Shown here: positions 8,329 through 16,865 of the stretch, one piece after another
Layout: each line of letters starts with the position of its first letter
Numbering within the stretch: position 1 is the first letter of the stretch
Assembly (NCBI GenBank): GCA_028822585.1
Contig: JAPKDL010000008.1
Coordinates: 1,256 to 65,255 of the forward strand
Length of the DNA: 64,000 bases
Reading direction: 5' to 3'
Origin: Alphaproteobacteria bacterium
GTDB taxonomy: Bacteria > Pseudomonadota > Alphaproteobacteria > UBA8366 > GCA-2717185
Position numbers and translations under genes: made by a program
The notes under the pieces: generated by a model
Told to the model about the DNA's origin: nothing
Seen by the model: the letters and a program-made list of their open reading frames with translations, nothing else
Database searches by the model: none

Positions 8329-9825
8329 TTACTGCCGCTCCATCCTAGTTTGCAGTCGGAGACGGGCCCTGATCTGACGTGAAATTATATCGACCGCGAT
8401 GTTCAACAATGCGGTGACAAGTATTAAAAATACGGCGCGGTCAAAGCGAAGATCGGCGAAGGCGCTGTCGATATAAAACCCCAGCGTCGAGATGCCTAAT
8501 ATTCCCAGGATCGCGGTTTCCCGCATGATCACTTCCCAGCGGTAGAACAACAGCGCCAGCATTTGTCGATAGACGCGCGGTAGGATCTCGTAAGCGTAAC
8601 GGCGTATGCCCCGGCAGGCGTCGACCCGCAACGTAATGGCTTCGGTGTAGCGTCCCACCAGATGACCGATAATGCCGCCATTATGAAGCGCCAGCGCGAC
8701 AATCGCGGGCAACATCGATGGGCCCCAAAGCTGCAACAAAACGTATGCCAGAATATATTCGGGCGTAGATCGAATGATGACTAGGCAAGTATGGCCCAAG
8801 GTGCGGGCGGAACGCCCAAGCAACAGCGGCGAGATGAGTGGGAAGAATAGCAACGTTAACAGGCCGGAGCAGACAAGTGCGATCATCGTCAATTGAATGG
8901 TAATTGCTGCGCCCGGTAGGGCTTGCTCGAACAGCATTGTTTGTAGCCACTCGTTCAGTCGCGCCAAGGTCTCGCCGGTTTCCGCTGGCGCGGCGCGCAA
9001 GGGATACGGAACTATATCATGGGTTAAAAAGCGCCAGATATTGTCGGCGGTAAATGACAGGCCCCATGGAAGAATTGCAGCGGCGCCGATCAGATATACC
9101 GGTAAAGCGAAGCGACGCATCCAAACCCTCATACTGGCGATAATAAGGTAAAACAGAATCAATAACGCCGAAACCTCGGAGTACAAACCTTGGCTAAACG
9201 CTGATTCCAAATGAAAGCCCAGCGTTGGCAGGCCGACGAATCCTAACACGGCGCTCGACCGTAACCCGCATTCCAGTCGGTACATGGAATAGGTCGTGAA
9301 ATGCGCCCAGGCATCGGGCAATCGCACGAACAAAAACGCCGACATGCGCCCGGTGCTCGGCGGCATCGCCTGTAGCGGTGAAGGGTCGGCCTCCTCTAAT
9401 ATTTCCGCGTAGACCTTGGCGATAATCCCGGCATAGGGAATGCCAATTGCCAAAATCCCGGTTAGTGGCGATAAACCGAAGAGCTGCAGGAAGATCAACG
9501 CCCAGAACAATTCATGCACGGCGCGAACAAAGGCGCATCCCGTCCGAACGATTCGGCTAAAGAACAGCAACGATAATATGAACCCGAATACATTGCCGAA
9601 CGCGACGCCAAGCAACGCAAAGGCCAGAGTATAAGCCAGCGCACCGCCCAGGTTATCCGTTGCGTAAAAATCAGGCGTCACGACGCCATGCAACAACCGC
9701 GTAAGTTCTTGCCAGGGGTGGACTGTCGTGATTTCGAAATCGGCAAAAATTGCGCAAATCAGCGCTACGGCGATAAACGCCATTGTCGTCTTGGATAGGT
9801 TTGAAAAGGGGCGGCGTGTTTGCAC
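8329..9825 (-). CDS. PhnE-type ABC transporter permease, internally duplicated (two permease modules in one 498-aa protein)
   Basis: About twice the usual PhnE length, with two similar polytopic halves. It lies directly downstream of the ATPase and the PhnD-like binding protein. The start (GTG 9825 vs ATG 9783) is uncertain. Confidence 0.75.
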   Translation of the reverse strand: MQTRRPFSNLSKTTMAFIAVALICAIFADFEITTVHPWQELTRLLHGVVTPDFYATDNLGGALAYTLAFALLGVAFGNVFGFILSLLFFSRIVRTGCAFVRAVHELFWALIFLQLFGLSPLTGILAIGIPYAGIIAKVYAEILEEADPSPLQAMPPSTGRMSAFLFVRLPDAWAHFTTYSMYRLECGLRSSAVLGFVGLPTLGFHLESAFSQGLYSEVSALLILFYLIIASMRVWMRRFALPVYLIGAAAILPWGLSFTADNIWRFLTHDIVPYPLRAAPAETGETLARLNEWLQTMLFEQALPGAAITIQLTMIALVCSGLLTLLFFPLISPLLLGRSARTLGHTCLVIIRSTPEYILAYVLLQLWGPSMLPAIVALALHNGGIIGHLVGRYTEAITLRVDACRGIRRYAYEILPRVYRQMLALLFYRWEVIMRETAILGILGISTLGFYIDSAFADLRFDRAVFLILVTALLNIAVDIISRQIRARLRLQTRMERQ

Positions 9826-9843
9826 GAAATTCAGGCGTGTAAT

Positions 9844-10500
9844 TTAGGTGAAGTAGAGGTGATCCAAATCGCTTGGCGTCATGCCTGCGGTTGGTTCGTC
9901 CAGCACAATTCGACCATCCTTCAGCCCGATCAAACGATCCGCAAAATCGAGTGCGAGCGCGCGGTCATGCATGGCCAGAATACAGGTTTTTTTTCGCTCG
10001 CCCAGGACATCAAGAATCCGGCGTGCTTGATGTTCATCAACATTTGAAACCGGTTCGTCCCCCAGGACAATGTCGCCAGTATGAAACAATGCGCGGCCAA
10101 TGGCGGTTCGTTGCTGTTGACCACCGGACAATTCACCAACGGCGGTAAACAGCTTGTCGTCCAGGCGTAAACCGTCCACGACATCGCGCACCGCAGACAC
10201 ATCGCGGGCGACCGGGCGCAGGAGATTGTGTAAATTGCGCCAGACCGAGTGTTCGTGAAGTTGACCCATATAGACGTTGTGAAACACGGTCAGCGATTGA
10301 ACTAACCCGAATTCTTGCGGTATTAACGAGGCACGGTCCTGGCATTGCGCGTAAATCATACGCAGTAGCGTAGATTTTCCAACGCCGCTTGCGCCAACCA
10401 GGGCAATGCGCTCCTGGTCGGCGACGCGCAGCGTAACGCCACTAAGGACAGTTGCGCCGCGGTATCCCGCGTCTTCGTTGGTCAGTTCAATTACGGGCAT
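9844..10500 (-). CDS. ABC transporter ATP-binding protein (PhnC-like)
   Basis: Walker A GASGVGKST, signature LSGGQQQR and Walker B IVLGDEP. Confidence 0.85.
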   Translation of the reverse strand: MPVIELTNEDAGYRGATVLSGVTLRVADQERIALVGASGVGKSTLLRMIYAQCQDRASLIPQEFGLVQSLTVFHNVYMGQLHEHSVWRNLHNLLRPVARDVSAVRDVVDGLRLDDKLFTAVGELSGGQQQRTAIGRALFHTGDIVLGDEPVSNVDEHQARRILDVLGERKKTCILAMHDRALALDFADRLIGLKDGRIVLDEPTAGMTPSDLDHLYFT

Positions 10501-10514
10501 TTGAGTCGCTTACG

Positions 10515-11384
10515 TTAATCGATGAGTCCGATGGATCTTGCGACATCCTTGATGGGTTTGTAGTCCGAATTCGTCGCTGGAATAAAGCTGCTGCGCGGGA
10601 AGGCTTTCAACAAGTCTGGGTCTTTCATTGATAATAATGCGGCCCGTACCTTGTCCATGAAGCCGACGCTGAATGTTTTGTCGACATCGCCGCGAACGCT
10701 CCATTGATAATCTGGATAGGGCGGCGTGCGCCAGATGATTTTCACCTTTTTCAGATCGATCTTGCCTTCTTTCAATTCACGCTGCCAAACCTTGAAATTA
10801 ACAGCGCCGACCTTGTAACTACCGGATTGCACCAAGGCGATGGTGCGGGAGTGATCGCCGCTAAACCCGACCCGGTCGAATATTTTTCGCGGTGATTCGC
10901 CGAAGGATTCCCGGATGTGGAATTCCGGCATCAAACGACCTGACGTCGATCCTTTGGAGCCGAAGGTAAATGTCGTGCCTGCAATCCCTTTCGGGAACGC
11001 CTTGCCCTCTTTTAATCCAAGGCTAGCATGGGCGATGAAATAGGTCTCGAAGGCGCTGTCTTCCGCGCCTTGTGCAAGCGCCTGTGAACCTCGCACCAAC
11101 GCGCGGGCGCGAACGCCCGACAATCCCCCAAACCAGGCCAGCTGAACTTGATTGTTGCGAAACGCGGTGACGGCGGCGGCGTATGATTTTACCGGAATAT
11201 ACTTGGTTTCTACACCCAGGGTTGTCGACAAATAATTCGCCACTTTCCCAAAACGCTCGCGTAGCTGGCTTTCATCCTGATCGGGTATAGCGGTGAAGAC
11301 GAAAGGTTCCGCTATAGCTGTAACGCTAAATAGAGAAATTGTTAGAATAGTAGCAATTAGTGGGATGGTTCGGGTGCTTTGCAT
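10515..11384 (-). CDS. PhnD-family periplasmic substrate-binding protein (phosphonate/phosphite/possibly selenate-type)
   Basis: Signal peptide MQSTRTIPLIATILTISLFSVTAIA, then the PhnD-like core (FTAIPDQD..., GSKGSTSG). AAGGA lies 4 nt upstream of ATG 11384; the track start at 11429 lacks an SD. Confidence 0.8.
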   Translation of the reverse strand: MQSTRTIPLIATILTISLFSVTAIAEPFVFTAIPDQDESQLRERFGKVANYLSTTLGVETKYIPVKSYAAAVTAFRNNQVQLAWFGGLSGVRARALVRGSQALAQGAEDSAFETYFIAHASLGLKEGKAFPKGIAGTTFTFGSKGSTSGRLMPEFHIRESFGESPRKIFDRVGFSGDHSRTIALVQSGSYKVGAVNFKVWQRELKEGKIDLKKVKIIWRTPPYPDYQWSVRGDVDKTFSVGFMDKVRAALLSMKDPDLLKAFPRSSFIPATNSDYKPIKDVARSIGLID

Positions 11385-11809
11385 AACGTCCTTAATGGAG
11401 GGTTGTTTTTTGGTAAGGCAGAATTTCATACTGGCGTGTATTGGCGTTGTAAATGTATTTAACGATATTAATTTATATTGATCTGATTCAATCAGTCAGG
11501 TTAATTCGGCTAATATTGCCTCGCCTTTTATGGGGACTTCGCCATTGTTAGGTCGTCAAAACCGCACGGTAATTGAAATATTAGCTGCTTGCGCTGGACG
11601 GAGATCTTGATGAGCGCGACGCTGATCCTAGCTGCTGCTACACGTTATTAATTTATGAAGTAGTCGTGTCGTGCATTGGCTGCGTATTGAAGGGATCATT
11701 GACGAACTCTACGATGTAGTATGCTGGCCCGGCGTGTAACGCGCGATGTTAATTGGCTTTTGCACCCAAGAAATTTGCCGAGTCATCGGCATAGACCCCG
11801 CATCATGAC

Positions 11810-11828
11810 TTCAGTCAAAATTCAGTCA
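11810..11828 (+). promoter_or_regulatory. Tandem direct repeat TTCAGTCA-N3-TTCAGTCA just upstream of the crotonase RBS
   Basis: Read directly from the sequence. The repeat has an 11-bp period and ends 20 nt before ATG 11849. Function is unknown. Confidence 0.3.
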
Positions 11829-11848
11829 CCTAAAGAACGGAGTACACA

Positions 11849-12658
11849 ATGACCGACCGCTACGCGAAGTATTCAAAATTTGATTTCGACCGACCCGCCG
11901 ACCGAGTATTGCGGATTACCTTCAACAATCCAAAAACATACAACTCACTAGATTCCGAAGGACACAAGCAGTTCGCCTACCTGTGGCGGGAAATAGACGA
12001 TGACGAAGACATTAGCGCGGTCATTCTGACGGGTAAGGGCAAAGCGTTTTCGTCGGGCGGCGATTTCGGGATGATTGAAGAAAACATGAACGATGAAGTC
12101 GCCCGCATGCGCGCATGGAAAGAAGCGCGCGATCTTGTCTACAATATTATCAATTGCAACAAACCCATCATATCGGCGATCAACGGTGTGGCGGTTGGTG
12201 CCGGGTTAGTGGCTGGGCTGTTAGCCGATATTTCCATTGCTGGGAAATCCGCAAAAATTGTTGATGGACATACGCGTCTCGGCGTCGCTGCAGGCGATTG
12301 CGCCATTATTAATTGGCCGTTGCTATGTGGGATGGCTAAGGCAAAATATCTGTTGTTGCTGTGTGAACCCGTGGATGGGGAAGCGGCGGAGAAGTATGGA
12401 TTGGTGTCGCTCTGCGTTGAAGACGATGAGCTACAGGATAAGGCTTTGGAAGTCGCCAAACGTCTTGTTGCGGGGCCGCCCAGCGCCATTCGTTGGACGA
12501 AATATGCGCTGAACAACTGGTATCGTATGATGGGGCCGTCTTTCGATGCGTCTACGGCGTTGGAAATGCTGGGCTTCGCCGGGTCGGAAGTACGCGAAGG
12601 TTTGGCGGCACATTTGGAAAAACGTGATCCGGTATTCGATCCAAAATCGCCGGTATAA
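11849..12658 (+). CDS. Enoyl-CoA hydratase/isomerase (crotonase) family protein
   Basis: Crotonase fold motifs (LTGKGKAFSSGGD, INGVAVGAGL). GGAG lies upstream of the ATG. Confidence 0.85.
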   Translation: MTDRYAKYSKFDFDRPADRVLRITFNNPKTYNSLDSEGHKQFAYLWREIDDDEDISAVILTGKGKAFSSGGDFGMIEENMNDEVARMRAWKEARDLVYNIINCNKPIISAINGVAVGAGLVAGLLADISIAGKSAKIVDGHTRLGVAAGDCAIINWPLLCGMAKAKYLLLLCEPVDGEAAEKYGLVSLCVEDDELQDKALEVAKRLVAGPPSAIRWTKYALNNWYRMMGPSFDASTALEMLGFAGSEVREGLAAHLEKRDPVFDPKSPV

Positions 12659-12782
12659 GGAATTGTCGCTGCAAGGGTAATTGCGGCGCCGACAACTTGC
12701 GGCCATAATCAAGGAGCCGTCGCCTAGGGTTTTTGCCTGGGCGGCGTCTGTCCGGTTCGCAATACAGATTTAGGGGTAAAAA

Positions 12783-15137
12783 TTGTCCGATATAGATGAC
12801 GCGCCATTTGCCAAATACGCTATAGGTCAATCTGTAGCGCGTTCCGAAGACCCCCGACTATTGCGCGGGGACGGCCGTTATTCCGATGATTTCAGTCTGC
12901 CAGGCCAAGCCTACGGTTATGTATTTCGCTCGCCGTTCGCCCATGGCGTGGTGACATCGCTGGATGTGGAGGATGCTCGCGCGGTGCCAGGCGTTCTGGC
13001 AGTGTTGACGTCAGTGGAAATGGCGGCAGCGAATATAGGGCCCTTGCCGAATACCCAACCGCATAAAAGCCGTGACGGAACACCGATGATCAAGCCGGAA
13101 CGTCCTGTGTTAGCAACGGACAAAGTGCGCTATCGCGGTCAGGCGGTCGCGATGATTGTGGCGGAATCGACGGCGGCGGCGAAGGATGCGGCTGAACTGA
13201 TCGAGTTCGACGTTGAGGTTTTACCTGCAGAAACTGACGCGGAAGACGCGATGCGCGACGGCGCGGCGCAATTGCACGACGAAGCGCCAGGCAATGTGGC
13301 GCTGGATTGGGAATTTGGCGATGGCGCTGAAGCCGACCGAATTTTCAAGTCGGCCCATCATGTGACAAGTTTAAAACTGCGCAGCAATCGCGTGGTAGTG
13401 GCGTCCATGGAGCCCCGCGCGGCGACGGCGGAATATAACGCCGCTGAAGAACGCTACACTCTTCATGTAGGCACCCAGGGCGTGTTCGGATTCCGCAATA
13501 TGTTGGCGGATCGTGTATTGGGGGTGGAGCGCGACAAGTTGCGGGTGCGCACTTACGATGTCGGCGGCTCGTTTGGTATGAAGTCCGGTCTGTATCCGGA
13601 ATATGCACCGTTGCTGGTGGCGTCGCGTTTGTTGGGGCGGCCCGTCAAATGGTGCGATGAACGCAGCGACAGTTTTTTATCGGATCAACACGGCAGGGAT
13701 TCCTGGGCCGATGCGTCGCTGGCATTTGACGAAGAAGGTCATATTTTGGCCGCACGTGTGGAATGCACCTGTAATTTAGGGGCCTATCTGACCGCGGCGG
13801 GTCCAAACATGCATACGGGCAATCTGGTAAAAAATTTCCCCGGCGTATATCGGCTGCCCATTTACCATGCGGCTACCAGGGCCGTATTTACCAACACCAC
13901 GCCAATCGGCGCCTATCGCGGTGCTGGACGTCCGGAAGGCGTCTATTATATGGAGCGGTTAATGGATAACGCCGCGCGTGAAATGGGCATGGACCGTGTT
14001 GAATTGCGGCGTCGAAACCTCATTCGCTCCGACGAAATGCCTTATGCGGCGATTTCAAACCTGACCTATGACAGCGGTGATTTTCCCGCCGTATTGGATT
14101 CCGGTTTGGCGCAGTCTGATTGGGCGGGTTTTGAATCCCGCCGTGCAGAATCCGCGAAGTCAGGCAAGCTGCGCGGTTTGGGAATTTCCTGCTACCTGGA
14201 AGTGACCGGGCCGCCCGCCACTGAAATGGGGGGCATCCGATTCGAAGATGACGGGCGCATTACGATGACTTCGGGTTCGCAGAATTACGGGCAGGGACAT
14301 GCGTCGACCTTCGCGCAAATTCTGGTCAGCAAATTGGGCGTTCCATTCGAACAACTTCAATTGGATCAAGGCGACAGCGATAAACTGTTGGCGGGGTCGG
14401 GCACCGGTGGGTCGAAGACTGTCATCACGGCGGGCAATGCGTTGGTTGTTGCGGCTGAAAAAGTCATCGAAAATGGTCGTATTTTGGCGGGGCAAGTCCT
14501 GGAGACGGCGACCGCCGACATTGAATTTACGGCGGGAGCATTCAGTGTTGCGGGGACGGACCGCGCGATCGACATTATGGAATTGTCCCGTGAAGCTCAT
14601 ACGATGAAACTTAACGGAAGCCTGCCCGAAGACGCGCCCGATGGGTTGGACGCCGCAATCACTGTTGATGACCCGCCGCCGCTGGCGTTTCCCAATGGGT
14701 GCCATGTCGCGGAAGTGGAAATCGATCCGGACACAGGCGAGACGGCATTGGCGCGCTATGTCGTGGTCGACGATTTCGGCGTCATGATCAATCCGATGCT
14801 GGTCGAAGGCCAAGTTCATGGAGGCATTGCGCAAGGTGTGGGCCAAGCGTTGATGGAAAATGTCGTGTACGATGCAGACGGGCAACCTATTTCAGGATCG
14901 TACATGGATTATACCATGCCACGCGCCCACGACATGCCAGACGTTGAATTCGGCGAGTATTCGGTGCCGGCGACGACCAATGTGCTGGGCGCCAAGGGCT
15001 GTGGCGAAGCGGGCACGACCGGGTCTTTACCCGCCGTCATGAACGCCATCGTCGATGTATTGAACCGGGAAAATGGGGTTGAGCATTTTGATATGCCCGC
15101 GACGTCGGAACGGGTCTGGTCCGCGCTGAACGGATAA
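12783..15137 (+). CDS. Xanthine dehydrogenase/CoxL-family molybdopterin-binding large subunit (form-II-like)
   Basis: 784 aa with the full aldehyde oxidase/XDH a/b-hammerhead and MoCo-binding domains. The active-site loop is AYRGAGRPEG, not the form-I CODH AYxCSFR. TTG start. Confidence 0.9.
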   Translation: MSDIDDAPFAKYAIGQSVARSEDPRLLRGDGRYSDDFSLPGQAYGYVFRSPFAHGVVTSLDVEDARAVPGVLAVLTSVEMAAANIGPLPNTQPHKSRDGTPMIKPERPVLATDKVRYRGQAVAMIVAESTAAAKDAAELIEFDVEVLPAETDAEDAMRDGAAQLHDEAPGNVALDWEFGDGAEADRIFKSAHHVTSLKLRSNRVVVASMEPRAATAEYNAAEERYTLHVGTQGVFGFRNMLADRVLGVERDKLRVRTYDVGGSFGMKSGLYPEYAPLLVASRLLGRPVKWCDERSDSFLSDQHGRDSWADASLAFDEEGHILAARVECTCNLGAYLTAAGPNMHTGNLVKNFPGVYRLPIYHAATRAVFTNTTPIGAYRGAGRPEGVYYMERLMDNAAREMGMDRVELRRRNLIRSDEMPYAAISNLTYDSGDFPAVLDSGLAQSDWAGFESRRAESAKSGKLRGLGISCYLEVTGPPATEMGGIRFEDDGRITMTSGSQNYGQGHASTFAQILVSKLGVPFEQLQLDQGDSDKLLAGSGTGGSKTVITAGNALVVAAEKVIENGRILAGQVLETATADIEFTAGAFSVAGTDRAIDIMELSREAHTMKLNGSLPEDAPDGLDAAITVDDPPPLAFPNGCHVAEVEIDPDTGETALARYVVVDDFGVMINPMLVEGQVHGGIAQGVGQALMENVVYDADGQPISGSYMDYTMPRAHDMPDVEFGEYSVPATTNVLGAKGCGEAGTTGSLPAVMNAIVDVLNRENGVEHFDMPATSERVWSALNG

Positions 15138-15143
15138 ACTGTC

Positions 15144-15593
15144 GTGACGGAAATTTACGTTGACGCCGACGCCTGCCCGGTGAAGTCGGAAATTTTGCGG
15201 GTGGCGACGCGGCATGTGACCCCTGTGCATATGGTCAGCAATAGCTGGATGCGCCTGGAGGAAAGCCCGTTAATCCATCGTGTCGTCGTATCAGATGGTT
15301 TCGACGCGGCGGATGACTGGATTGCGGAGCATATCGGGACGGGGGATGTTGCGATCACATCAGATATTCCCTTGGCCGACCGCTGCCTGAAGCAAGGTGC
15401 CAGCGTTATGGGGCCAACGGGGAAACCCTTTACAAGCGACAATATTGGGCCGGCGTTGGCGACCCGAGATTTAATGTCACATTTGCGCGATATTGGCGAA
15501 GTGCGGGGCGTGGGTCCGACATTTTCAAAAAAGGATCGCTCGAATTTTCTGCAGGAGTTGGAGGTGACGTTGCAGCGCCTTAAGCGAAGGTAA
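15144..15593 (+). CDS. YaiI/YqxD (DUF188, UPF0178) family protein
   Basis: N-terminus IYVDADACPVK is typical of DUF188. The GTG start is 6 nt after the CoxL-like stop. Confidence 0.75.
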   Translation: MTEIYVDADACPVKSEILRVATRHVTPVHMVSNSWMRLEESPLIHRVVVSDGFDAADDWIAEHIGTGDVAITSDIPLADRCLKQGASVMGPTGKPFTSDNIGPALATRDLMSHLRDIGEVRGVGPTFSKKDRSNFLQELEVTLQRLKRR

Positions 15594-15595
15594 GC

Positions 15596-16582
15596 TTATC
15601 GCGCGGGTAAATTCGATAGCGCCGACTGCGCCTCTGCAACGATCGACTGCACGATATCGTTAGCGGACAGCACATCGTTAATCAGGCCACTGCTTTGTCC
15701 GGCAGGCAGGACGCCGTTTTCGACATCGCCTTCGATCCGACCGATGAGCGATGCGGGATGCCCGACATTCATCGCCTGTAGCGGGTAGGGTTCTATTTCA
15801 ACTTCGCGACCGGACCATCTTTCTGTGAATGCATTCCGAATGAGCCGACAGGTTTTGCCACTATGGGCGCGGGTGATCAGGGTTCCCGCCGTATCTGTCT
15901 CGACGATTTTATTTTTATAATTGTCGTGTGCGCGGGCTTCCTTGCTGGCGATGAACCGTGTGCCCATCCATACGCCTTGTGCGCCGAACGCCATGGCGGC
16001 GACAAGCCCGCGTCCATCGGCAAGTCCGCCGCCCGCCAACACCGGGACATCGACGGCGTCGACAACGGCGGGAATGAGAGCTGCGGTTCCGATCACGCCA
16101 ACGTGGCCGCCGCCATCGGACCCGGTTGCAATGATGACGTCAACGCCGTCGGCGACGGCTTTTTGCGCGTGACGCACAGCGCCAACAACCGACATCACGG
16201 TGATCCCACGTTTCTTGGCTTCGGGCACGACGTCTTTGGGGCTGCCCAACCCGGAGACTAAAACGGGGACTTTTTCTTCGAAGACAACATCCACCATCGC
16301 GGCAACTTTGTCGGTGTAGCGGACCGCCTCGTTAACCTTTGGCGCAACGGTCGCGAAAAGGATATCAACGCCGAAGGGTCGATTGGTTTGCGCCTTCACG
16401 CGTTGAATTTCATCCCGAAGTTCTTCCGCGTCCATGCTCGATCCCGCACCGATGCAGCCCAGCCCGCCAGCTTCTGATACGGCAGCTGCCAAGTCCGCAC
16501 GGGCAATCCATCCCATTCCCGCTTGAAAAATGGGGTAGTCGATGTTGAGGAGATCACAAATAGACGTGCGGAAAGCAGACAT
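15596..16582 (-). CDS. Nitronate monooxygenase / 2-nitropropane dioxygenase family FMN enzyme
   Basis: NMO motifs YPIFQAGMG, GGHVG and VLAGGGLADGRG. Confidence 0.85.
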   Translation of the reverse strand: MSAFRTSICDLLNIDYPIFQAGMGWIARADLAAAVSEAGGLGCIGAGSSMDAEELRDEIQRVKAQTNRPFGVDILFATVAPKVNEAVRYTDKVAAMVDVVFEEKVPVLVSGLGSPKDVVPEAKKRGITVMSVVGAVRHAQKAVADGVDVIIATGSDGGGHVGVIGTAALIPAVVDAVDVPVLAGGGLADGRGLVAAMAFGAQGVWMGTRFIASKEARAHDNYKNKIVETDTAGTLITRAHSGKTCRLIRNAFTERWSGREVEIEPYPLQAMNVGHPASLIGRIEGDVENGVLPAGQSSGLINDVLSANDIVQSIVAEAQSALSNLPAR

Positions 16583-16605
16583 ATGTATTCCTTCGCTTAA
16601 AGGCC

Positions 16606-16851
16606 TCAGCCGCCTGCGATTTGCGGCATTAAAATAACTTCGCTTTCGGGTGGGATTGATTGAAGCCAGGCGTCTTGATAGATCACGCCGTCAATTGCGA
16701 CGCCGATGCCTTCCAGCAAATGCGGCTCCATCGCAGGGTAGAGTTCCGACAATTTTCGAAACAGTTGCCGGATGGTCGCCGCGTCCAAGTCGAAAGCTTC
16801 TGTACCTTCGCTAAAACGTAGCAGCCCGCCAGTAAGGACAACTCGCGCCAT
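16606..16851 (-). CDS. MoaD/ThiS-family beta-grasp protein ending in Gly-Gly
   Basis: 81-85 aa with the C-terminus ...LMPQIAGG-stop. ATG 16851 has AGGGGTG upstream and begins 14 nt after the stop of the upstream Mo-hydroxylase gene. Confidence 0.7.
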   Translation of the reverse strand: MARVVLTGGLLRFSEGTEAFDLDAATIRQLFRKLSELYPAMEPHLLEGIGVAIDGVIYQDAWLQSIPPESEVILMPQIAGG

Positions 16852-16865
16852 TGTAGACCGCACCC

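Noticed and set aside
12783-15137. Calling the CoxL-like proteins carbon-monoxide dehydrogenases
   Set aside because: None has the form-I CODH active-site loop (AYxCSFR). No coxS, coxM or coxDEF accessory genes are present. They are better described as XDH-family large subunits of unknown substrate.
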